Shown here: positions 39,449-47,378 of the stretch, one piece after another
Layout of the letters: every line of letters starts with the position of its first letter
How positions within the stretch are numbered: position 1 is the stretch's first letter
Origin: an uncultured archaeon
Lineage (GTDB): Archaea > Asgardarchaeota > Lokiarchaeia > Sigyniarchaeales > SOKP01
DNA length: 47,378 nt
Assembly: GCA_964525635.1 (NCBI GenBank)
Contig: CAZGJX010000018.1
Span: forward strand, 1 to 47,378
Direction of reading: 5' to 3'
Program-made: the position numbers and the translations under genes
The notes under the pieces: generated by a model
The model's input: the letters and a program-made list of their open reading frames with translations, nothing else
What the model was told of the DNA's origin: nothing
The model's database searches: none

Positions 39449-41797
39449 TTAAGTATGACAAAGTCTTTTTAGTAGGGTTGGATCAACTATTTCTTTTGGT
39501 TTCCAATCTTTTTCCTTGAGATATTTCACGATTTTATCCTTTAAATTTATTGGAATATCAGCTTCAACACGAATAAATTTGTCTAAGTCTTCTGGAATAT
39601 TTACACCTTTATATTTATATTCTAAATCAAGCCAATGGGATAATTTAATCATTCGACCTTTTGAATTATCAGCGGGTCTAAGAGCTAATTTTGCAACTAG
39701 ACAAATAGCTTCCTCAATTGTTTCTGCTGTTGTTAATAAATGTTCAGGACCAGGACCTACCAAATGTTCGGCTGTACCGTCTCGTGCATTATAGACCTTC
39801 CAAGTATCTTCCTTATCAGAACGCCCAAGATACATTCTACGATATTCCGCACCATGTGGTCCTATTACTGCTGGAATCCCAAGGCTATTAGCACTACTTG
39901 CAATACTTGCCGCTTTTTGACTCATTGCACCCCAAGCAACACCAACTGCTCCAACTCTGTTTAAAATGTAATCTGCTATTTCCTCAAAATTTCCCCTTAA
40001 TGGACGCCGAGCAAATATATTTGCTACTTTACAGGCCGCTCCAGTAATATGTGGATTACTAACACAAGATCCTACATTAACCAAACCTCCTCTGTCAAAA
40101 TCCCCTGGAAAACGATCATATAATGTTTCACCATCATCATTTTTAACAAGTCCTATATCCATAGCTGCACATCCTGAAACAACAACTATGTAATTTCTTT
40201 TACAGAATTCTTCTGCCATTTGATAAAGTTCTTGTATTTCATGAGCATAATTTGCACATCCAATTATAGCTACAATTCCTGGGATTTCTCCTAAAACTAT
40301 TGGAGCTCCAACATTACGGATTTCTGTATCTCGGATTGGCCCTCTTCCAACTCTTATATTAAATTTTTCATTTTTAATTTTTTCTCTTGCAGCATACATT
40401 ATAAGTGTAAGAGGAGAGACATTCTTCATGCAATCTGCTTCACACCGACCACAATCTAAACACTCATCATATATATTTGATAATAATGAAAAGTCACCAA
40501 CTTTGGCTGCTTTAATACTATCTACAAGGGGTAAATCATTAGGACAATTTCTCTGGCAATTAGTACATCCATTGCATCTTAAAGCCATTTCTATACAACC
40601 CTTTTCATCGGGAATAGCACTCTTTCCTTTTCTTAATGGTTTCACTCTAATTGCAGTCTCTACTGCTACTTTCGCTGCCTTAATAGGATCTAATATTAAA
40701 ACACCTTTAACTTTACCACTAACTAGGTCATCTACGATTTTATCTGCGAGATCATTTGTTCTATCGGGTAAACCATTCATATTTTTATCATTTGTAGCTA
40801 TAAATGGAGCATCAATCAATTTTGCTTGTTCAAAAGAACGTAAGTTAACACATTGTTCGTCAACCATTACAACATCAGCCAATCCCGAACGAATGAATGA
40901 TAATTGCCTTGAAAGTGAACCCACTATTTTTGCACCATCATAATATCTTGTTAAATCAAGAGCTGTACAACATATTGCCCCCACATCTATTTTTTCTTCT
41001 AATCCTGCTTCTCTTAAATAATCAACTAATTCAATACCGGGTGCTACATTATGACCAATCATTAAAATAGTAGCTTTATTTTCAAAATCCATTGTTCCTG
41101 TTCCTAATTCAACAATTGGAACATTCGGCTCTCCCACGGGGAATCCATATGCTGCTATTTGAACAGCATCCGAAATTTCCATTCCCACAGAATCACATAG
41201 ACCTGCTAAAAAACTTTTTGCTTCGTAATCTAAATAACTAGCTTCCTGACCTGTATGTCCCGCAGCGAGTAGGTGTGTTATATTATGTTGTACCCATTGC
41301 ATTGCTTCTTCTAAATCTTCAAGATTTTCTGGTTTCATTCCAACTATTAATCTTGTACATGGCATTTCAACCTCTATATTATTACCAAAATTTATTGGAA
41401 CATTCCCATATTTTTTTTTTAACCAGTGGAGTAAGTGATCTCCATGAGCTGAATGACAACTCGCCCCAATACAGCAAGCTATCTCTACTATTCTTGCTTG
41501 TTGAGTTTCCATGTTAATTCCACATGCTCCAGTTCTACCTTTTGAAAGATTACATTTTCCAAATGTACAAAGACAACACATATCACAAATTGGCATGTAA
41601 AAAGGCTTATAACGTTCCATTAATGTGAAAAACCAGTTTCTTAAGGTAGGAATTATCGGACGAGGTGTGGGTCCCATAGGTTCAAATTCTATCTCATCTG
41701 CATAACTTATTTTTCCAGTAGTGAATTCAAATCCTTTAATTGTTCCTAAAGGTCCCTTATAATCATCTATTTTTAATCTGGCACCTTTTTTACTCAT
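39449..41797 (-). CDS. cdhA: CO dehydrogenase/acetyl-CoA synthase complex alpha subunit
   Basis: CDMCCLCTFGKC, GHNV, ICCT, DEQC, two CxxCxxCxxxC ferredoxin motifs, GSCVSNPH and WGAMSQKA. Confidence 0.95.
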   Translation of the reverse strand: MSKKGARLKIDDYKGPLGTIKGFEFTTGKISYADEIEFEPMGPTPRPIIPTLRNWFFTLMERYKPFYMPICDMCCLCTFGKCNLSKGRTGACGINMETQQARIVEIACCIGASCHSAHGDHLLHWLKKKYGNVPINFGNNIEVEMPCTRLIVGMKPENLEDLEEAMQWVQHNITHLLAAGHTGQEASYLDYEAKSFLAGLCDSVGMEISDAVQIAAYGFPVGEPNVPIVELGTGTMDFENKATILMIGHNVAPGIELVDYLREAGLEEKIDVGAICCTALDLTRYYDGAKIVGSLSRQLSFIRSGLADVVMVDEQCVNLRSFEQAKLIDAPFIATNDKNMNGLPDRTNDLADKIVDDLVSGKVKGVLILDPIKAAKVAVETAIRVKPLRKGKSAIPDEKGCIEMALRCNGCTNCQRNCPNDLPLVDSIKAAKVGDFSLLSNIYDECLDCGRCEADCMKNVSPLTLIMYAAREKIKNEKFNIRVGRGPIRDTEIRNVGAPIVLGEIPGIVAIIGCANYAHEIQELYQMAEEFCKRNYIVVVSGCAAMDIGLVKNDDGETLYDRFPGDFDRGGLVNVGSCVSNPHITGAACKVANIFARRPLRGNFEEIADYILNRVGAVGVAWGAMSQKAASIASSANSLGIPAVIGPHGAEYRRMYLGRSDKEDTWKVYNARDGTAEHLVGPGPEHLLTTAETIEEAICLVAKLALRPADNSKGRMIKLSHWLDLEYKYKGVNIPEDLDKFIRVEADIPINLKDKIVKYLKEKDWKPKEIVDPTLLKRLCHT

Positions 41798-41971
41798 TTT
41801 TTCTTTTCTCTTTTTATTATTGTTAAGAATTTTGAATAAATGATAATAATTAATGTTATTTTTAATTTTATTTTAAAATTTATATTTAACATATATTTAA
41901 TGGTTTTTTTAGTTTAAAGCTTAATTCTTATATTTCAAAATTAATATAGTACCTTATATTACAGATTATAT

Positions 41972-41987
41972 GTGTGAAATTTCACAC
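41972..41987. promoter_or_regulatory. perfect 16-bp palindrome, candidate operator
   Basis: GTGTGAAATTTCACAC in the divergent intergenic region between cdhA and the small His-rich gene. Confidence 0.5.
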
Positions 41988-42060
41988 TATCATATCAAGT
42001 CATTGATTTTATCAATCTTTATTAATTATTAGATTTTAAACTATTATTGGAATAATAAAA

Positions 42061-42267
42061 ATGAACAAAAATGTCGAAAAATTAGCGAAATTATTAATTC
42101 ATTGGGTAAACCATAATGATTCTCATAAGGAATCATATGAGAAATGGAAAAATATTGCAAAAGAAGAAGGACTTCTATCTGTAGCGGAATGTATAGATAA
42201 AGCTATTGAATTACTTGATAAAAGTACAGAATTTTTACTTAAAGCTAATACAAAAATTAAATTTTAA
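42061..42267 (+). CDS. small His-rich helical protein (possible Ni/metal-binding CODH accessory)
   Basis: EKLAKLLIHWVNHNDSHKESYEKW motif; divergent from cdhA. Confidence 0.65.
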   Translation: MNKNVEKLAKLLIHWVNHNDSHKESYEKWKNIAKEEGLLSVAECIDKAIELLDKSTEFLLKANTKIKF

Positions 42268-42396
42268 GAAATATAATAATTCTCAAATTTTACCAAGTAC
42301 TTATCAACAAATCTGTTATCTATTAACTTCTTTATAGTAACAAAGACACAAGAATATTAATAAATAATAACAGAATTTAGAAATAAAGAAAAATAA

Positions 42397-43602
42397 TTAT
42401 AAGAATAAATTAATTAATGGTAAGAGTTGTTTTTTAAAATATTCAATATATTTATCAATTAGAGCAGGATTATCTGTGAGTACCCATAAATAAACTGGAA
42501 TTTGTAAATCAGAATATTCAAATAATTTTTCTCCTTGGATTGTAAATCCATTTAAAGGGAATTCAAGCTTTATTGATTTTTCTCTAATTAATCCTATTGA
42601 ATTATGAAAATTACTAAGAGTTTGTAATAATAATGCTGTATTGTTAATTAACATCTCATCTGTATTTGTTTGATGATAAGTTCCAAAAATTAAACCATCC
42701 ATAGAAATTAAACTTGTGGCTTTACTATTAATAATTCGTGCAAATTCCTCTAGAATGTTCTCGATTATTTCATATGTATCAGAAACTTTCTTTAAGGCGA
42801 CACTAAACATCTGCATAATAGTTTCTTTCTGAAAAATCGTAGTATCATAATAATCAATGTTAAAATCTTTAAAGTTATCTAAGACGGGATTGAAAGAATC
42901 TTTAATTGCTCTTACATTCTGTTGCCATTCGAGAGTCTTCCTGAAATCTTGATCACTTTTATGAAGTACAATAAGAATAGGTGATTTTTCATCGAGGTTG
43001 GTTAATGATTCTAATACTTGTTGGAAATATTCAGCAGATTCTTTAAATCTTTCAGCATCTTGGACATCAATTACATATAAAATCAAATCAACTTCCGTGA
43101 AAAAGATTTCAGGTTTATTAAAATAATATTTTTCTCTATATTGAACCTGTCCACCTAAATCCCAAGATACAATAGGATAACCAAAAAATTCTAACTTTTC
43201 TCTTTTAACACCTTTAGTTGGTAATAATGATTTAATTATTGAGAATTTATCTTGGAGTACAGCCAGAATGGATGATTTTCCTCCATTATCTAGTCCAATT
43301 AATAATAATTTTTTCTGTTCCTTTAGTTGCTCTTTTATAGTTTTCTCTAATAATTTTGCAATTCTAATCCATTTTATTATAATATTAGGTTCAATTTCCT
43401 TAATTTGAGGGGGATTATCTTCATTTAAATTTGCCATATCTAAAATTGATTCAATATTATACTTTGATAACACTTCTGAAGAGATTTGATCAATTCCTAT
43501 CAACGTATCTGGTTTAAAACGTAATATCTCCTCCAAATCGTTGAAAATAACAGTTCTTTTAAAGAAATCCTTAATTTTTAATAAATTATCTTCCCAAGAC
43601 AT
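42397..43602 (-). CDS. Rag/Arf-like GTPase with N-terminal HhH-like and C-terminal roadblock-like domains
   Basis: G1 GLDNGGKSS, G3 WDLGGQ, G4 HKSD and G5 TTIF; C-terminal LISMDGLIFG; N-terminal LIGIDQISSEVLSKYNIESILDM. Confidence 0.8.
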   Translation of the reverse strand: MSWEDNLLKIKDFFKRTVIFNDLEEILRFKPDTLIGIDQISSEVLSKYNIESILDMANLNEDNPPQIKEIEPNIIIKWIRIAKLLEKTIKEQLKEQKKLLLIGLDNGGKSSILAVLQDKFSIIKSLLPTKGVKREKLEFFGYPIVSWDLGGQVQYREKYYFNKPEIFFTEVDLILYVIDVQDAERFKESAEYFQQVLESLTNLDEKSPILIVLHKSDQDFRKTLEWQQNVRAIKDSFNPVLDNFKDFNIDYYDTTIFQKETIMQMFSVALKKVSDTYEIIENILEEFARIINSKATSLISMDGLIFGTYHQTNTDEMLINNTALLLQTLSNFHNSIGLIREKSIKLEFPLNGFTIQGEKLFEYSDLQIPVYLWVLTDNPALIDKYIEYFKKQLLPLINLFL

Positions 43603-43905
43603 CTCTTATCATTAATAATAATTCAATATTATATAAATAATCTTTAGTATCACAGATAAAAAAAGTTTTATTTATAAATATGGTTTATAAATAAAATTGA
43701 TAAAAAGTAAATACATTTCACTAATGCCATTTTACTATACAATAATCTTAGATTCATATTTTGTATCAATGACAAAAACATTGATAAAAAGGTTCAGAAT
43801 TAATATTTTTATTTTCACATAAAATATATAACTAAATAAATAAGAAATATATTTATTTATTAAGATTTAAAATCTAGTTAATAATAAAAATTTTGGTTCA
43901 GAAAC

Positions 43906-45105
43906 GTGTCTAATCGATATCCGGAAAATATAGTAATTTGCATTGATACGTCACGTTCAATGTTTAGGAGAGATTATTCTCCATCACGGATAGTTTGTAG
44001 TATAAAAGCTATAAAAAAAATAGTTACTGAGAGACTCAATCTTGATCCATCGACTTCATTTGCTATTATAAAATTTTCAAATAGTGCTAAAAAATTGATA
44101 GATTTTACTAATATACAAGATGATATATTTCAAGCTCTTACTTCTTTATCTGTTCAAGGGACTTCTGCAATAGGTGAAGCATTAGCTCTTTCAATAAAAA
44201 TCATAATAGAGGAATTAAGGAAAATAGTTGAAAAGATACCTCGAATTCTTTTAATTTCTGATGGGAATTTTACAAAAACAGTTGTTGATCCTTTAAAGAT
44301 GGCTAGATTGGCTCAAGGATTGAACATTAAAATAGATGCATTTAGACTCAGTAATGGTGGTAAAATAAATATATTAAAAAGACTAAGTGATGTTTCTGGA
44401 GGTAAATATTATTATAATAATGATGAAATTACTCTATATGATTCTGCTTCTAATTTTTCCAATTCGAATATAAAAACTTCTAATTCTGATTTATCAAATA
44501 AAATTGAGAATCCTGCTTTTCTTAGAAAAATTGCTGCTAATTTATTAAGAGTTCAAGATTTAACGAAAGATCAAGAACAAAGAATTAAACAAATAAGAGG
44601 TATGACTGATTTTAAAAAATGTTCAATCTGCTTTTTAGATAAAGATCCTGTTACAAAGGGATCTTTTTATTTGACAGGCAGATATTGCCCAAATTGTCAA
44701 ACTCCCTTTCATATTCATTGTTTAGCTGGTTGGGCAGATTCTCAAGGGGATCCTAAATTAAAAAGATCAGGTACTTGCAGATGTCCACATTGCTTTTATT
44801 TATTAAAGATCCCTACGGAAATATCTCAAGCACAGAGATTAAAAATTCTAACAGATATGCAATCAGGACCAAGTACCTCTCAAAAATCAATAGATGTTAA
44901 TACTGCATTTAAAATGAAAGCATCATTTTTAGGTGATGAAGCTTTATATAATTCCTGTCCTGTCTGTAATATGATTTTTGAAGAACATCAAGAAATTATC
45001 AAATGTGGGAATTATAAATGTGGTGTATTATACCATCACGATTGCTTTTTAAAATTAGAAAATAATATTTGTAAAAATTGTGGATCTAAATTAGAAATTA
45101 AATAA
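43906..45105 (+). CDS. vWA (Ssl1/Rpn10-like) domain protein with two RING-like zinc fingers
   Basis: MIDAS IDTSRSM, GTSAIG and LISDG; two C4HC3 clusters. Confidence 0.8.
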   Translation: MSNRYPENIVICIDTSRSMFRRDYSPSRIVCSIKAIKKIVTERLNLDPSTSFAIIKFSNSAKKLIDFTNIQDDIFQALTSLSVQGTSAIGEALALSIKIIIEELRKIVEKIPRILLISDGNFTKTVVDPLKMARLAQGLNIKIDAFRLSNGGKINILKRLSDVSGGKYYYNNDEITLYDSASNFSNSNIKTSNSDLSNKIENPAFLRKIAANLLRVQDLTKDQEQRIKQIRGMTDFKKCSICFLDKDPVTKGSFYLTGRYCPNCQTPFHIHCLAGWADSQGDPKLKRSGTCRCPHCFYLLKIPTEISQAQRLKILTDMQSGPSTSQKSIDVNTAFKMKASFLGDEALYNSCPVCNMIFEEHQEIIKCGNYKCGVLYHHDCFLKLENNICKNCGSKLEIK

Positions 45106-45155
45106 TAGAAATTATAAGAATTGAATAAAATTCTTTATTTGATATAATTAATAAT

Positions 45156-46034
45156 ATGTCTGAATCTGCTTATATATATGGTAATTTAAAACTTGGGAGA
45201 GGTCATTTCGATCTACCTCCTGTTTTAATAGGGACATTATTTTATAAAGGAGAGACTATAATAGATAGAAATAATCCTGAATTATTTAGTGAAAAAAAAG
45301 CAAAAAACCGTATAAATAATCATAAAAAACTTGCTACTCAATATCATCTACCTGAAATGATTGAAATTACTGCTGATGGACCTAAGTCTATGAAAAAATA
45401 TCTTGAATTTTATTTGGATAATTATAATACACCATTTGTATTAGGTGGTAATTTTAATGCTCGTGTAGAGGGAATTGAATACTTAAATGAGAGAGGTATA
45501 AAACCAACAGAATATATCTATAATACTATTTCAAATTTAAATAACAGTAAGGAGATTGAAATTATAAAAAAAAATAAGATTAACTCTGTTGTAGTATTAA
45601 TTCTTGGTTCTGAAAACATGACATCAACTCAAAGATATAATTATCTAATAAAAAAAAGAACACCTAATAATTTAACTCTCATTGATGCAATAAAGAATCT
45701 TGGTGTAGAGAAGATTTGGATTGATGGGGGAGTAATAAATTTAGAAAGTTTGGCAAGTATTCTTGAAACTCAGCAAATTGTAAGTAAATCACTTTATTTA
45801 CCTGTGGGAACAGCACCAAATTTATTTTTATTTAGATTTTCATCACCTAAACTGAATAAAAAATATCATACTCGATATAGAAGAGCAAGTATAATGTTTA
45901 TCTCTACATGGGTTTCAAATTTTATCTTTTATGGAGCAATTGAAGATGCAACAGAGTCATTTGCATCAGTTTATCAAGCATTTAAATTTAAAAAAATTGT
46001 GAAAAATAAAAATATTAAAATTTTAGATTATTAG
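45156..46034 (+). CDS. MtrH-like pterin-binding methyltransferase homolog (divergent)
   Basis: PPVLIGTLFYKG, IYNTIS, IWID, LPVG and FYGAIE resemble MtrH blocks. Confidence 0.65.
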   Translation: MSESAYIYGNLKLGRGHFDLPPVLIGTLFYKGETIIDRNNPELFSEKKAKNRINNHKKLATQYHLPEMIEITADGPKSMKKYLEFYLDNYNTPFVLGGNFNARVEGIEYLNERGIKPTEYIYNTISNLNNSKEIEIIKKNKINSVVVLILGSENMTSTQRYNYLIKKRTPNNLTLIDAIKNLGVEKIWIDGGVINLESLASILETQQIVSKSLYLPVGTAPNLFLFRFSSPKLNKKYHTRYRRASIMFISTWVSNFIFYGAIEDATESFASVYQAFKFKKIVKNKNIKILDY

Positions 46035-46157
46035 TGTCTCAACTAAATAATTTTAAATAACAATTTCGTCTTAAAGTATACAAGAACAATTTTATATCTT
46101 ATTTAAGATAAAAAAAAAATTGTTATGAAGGAAAAATAATTAAGGTTTGAGAGAAAT

Positions 46158-47285
46158 ATGATAAATAATCAAGAGCGAGATGAAAAAAAAATTGAAGCTT
46201 TAAGACTAATTGATCTTGCAGAAGATTTAGTTAATCGAGGAAAAGGTAAAGAAGCTATAGATTTATATGAGAAAGCAGCTCAACTTTACTTAGATCTTGG
46301 TAGTTATCTTAAAATTGATGAAATATATATTCGAATTGCTTCAATTATCTTAAAATTTAAAAATCATATTCAAGCTGTTTATCGGTTAAAATCAATTATT
46401 CGAAAAACTGAAACTCTAAATTTGGAAGAAATTTCAGCAAAATTATTAATTCAACTAGGAAATATATCATTCAGAATGAAAGATTATGAAACTGCTGGTG
46501 AATCGTATGAAAAGGCTGGTGATTATTTTTATAATCTCGATCCTGAAGAATATTATAATCTCTCTTCAGAACTATTATTAAAGGCGGCTTTAGCTATAGA
46601 AAAAGCCCACTCTGATAGAAATAAGGGAGAGAGACTTATATTAAGAGCAGTTATGATAGAAAATAAGATAGAAAAAGTCCTTGGATTAGAAGAGAAAAGA
46701 TCTATGCAATTATTGGAAATGGAGAAATATGAAGCAGCTGCTAATAAATATGTAGAATTATCAAATTACTTTCAAAAAACAATTAATAATATTAATGAAT
46801 TAATAATAAATTCAGAAGAAATTGAAATTATAAAAAATACTAAAAGTAGATTAATTCATATAACTGCTGAATATGTGATTATAGCATTAATCTGTTTAAA
46901 GGCTTCAAAAAACAAAGAAAATAATCAAAAAATAGTATCTTTAGGAAATACTGCAATAGGACTATTAAAAGATGCCATTATCCTCCTAAAAGAATGTTTT
47001 CATTCCAAAATGATTGAAAATGATAAAGAAGATTATTTGAGAATAACATTTGATACTTTTCTCATTTCTTTAATTCAAAGTATTACAGAAACAAAGAAAA
47101 TCCATCCTCTTAATTTTCTATTAGAAAATTTGGATGATAAATCTATTGTAAAAAGAATAAAAAAAACACCTTATTATCATTTAATTGAAAGAATAGAAAA
47201 AGTAGGATTATTAGAATCTTTAACAAATATTAATGATACTCATTTGGGACGTTTAGATAAAATTAAGAAAATTCTTAATCTATAA
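46158..47285 (+). CDS. TPR/SNAP-like alpha-solenoid protein
   Basis: EAIDLYEKAAQLY, AGESYEKAGDYF and YEAAANKY repeats. Confidence 0.6.
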   Translation: MINNQERDEKKIEALRLIDLAEDLVNRGKGKEAIDLYEKAAQLYLDLGSYLKIDEIYIRIASIILKFKNHIQAVYRLKSIIRKTETLNLEEISAKLLIQLGNISFRMKDYETAGESYEKAGDYFYNLDPEEYYNLSSELLLKAALAIEKAHSDRNKGERLILRAVMIENKIEKVLGLEEKRSMQLLEMEKYEAAANKYVELSNYFQKTINNINELIINSEEIEIIKNTKSRLIHITAEYVIIALICLKASKNKENNQKIVSLGNTAIGLLKDAIILLKECFHSKMIENDKEDYLRITFDTFLISLIQSITETKKIHPLNFLLENLDDKSIVKRIKKTPYYHLIERIEKVGLLESLTNINDTHLGRLDKIKKILNL

Positions 47286-47343
47286 TCTTCATAACTATTT
47301 TATTTTTATAATTAAGTCTTTATAAATAGAAAAAAAACTCCTT

Positions 47344-47359
47344 GCGAACTAAAGTTCGC
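47344..47359. other. small GC-rich hairpin with TAAA loop
   Basis: GCGAAC-TAAA-GTTCGC followed by TTC, downstream of the last gene. Confidence 0.4.
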
Positions 47360-47378
47360 TTCTAATCACAAAACTTTT

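Noticed and set aside
2417-41517. Short antisense or overlapping ORFs in the track (e.g. 2417, 2668, 4032, 7043, 9370, 13239, 16450, 19911, 20806, 22748, 23689, 25460, 29728, 32112, 36804, 37744, 38587, 39516, 39740, 40428, 41275)
   Set aside because: They shadow well-supported genes and carry no recognisable motifs.
1-47378. CRISPR array, tRNA/rRNA genes, selenoprotein (in-frame TGA) or SECIS element
   Set aside because: No regularly spaced repeats, GC-rich structured RNA or TGA-interrupted conserved frame was seen by eye. A covariance-model search is needed to exclude small RNAs.

Overview
Very AT-rich archaeal DNA, most consistent with an Asgard archaeon (Lokiarchaeia-like). It carries archaeal RadA, the tRNA-intron endonuclease EndA, CdhA and an MtrH-like protein, alongside several eukaryote-signature-like proteins: a longin-Arf-like GTPase fusion, an HhH-Rag-like GTPase-roadblock fusion, V4R/Bet3-like proteins, DENN/longin-like proteins, a vWA-RING-RING protein and a SNAP-like TPR protein. 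Metabolic genes include a 2-hydroxyacyl-CoA dehydratase operon with its activator, a bacterial-type gntK-gndA pair and a glycogen/NDP-sugar cluster. An ISH3-family IS (4569-5881) has a transposase broken by one in-frame amber codon and sits in the loop of an IS200/IS605-end-like hairpin. At least two genes appear to need non-canonical (ATA/ATC) starts. The best candidate for an undescribed system is the small-GTPase/GEF-fold/E3-ligase neighbourhood at about 33.7-47.3 kb. No rRNA, tRNA or CRISPR array was seen. All family assignments come from motif recognition by eye; no database searches were run.
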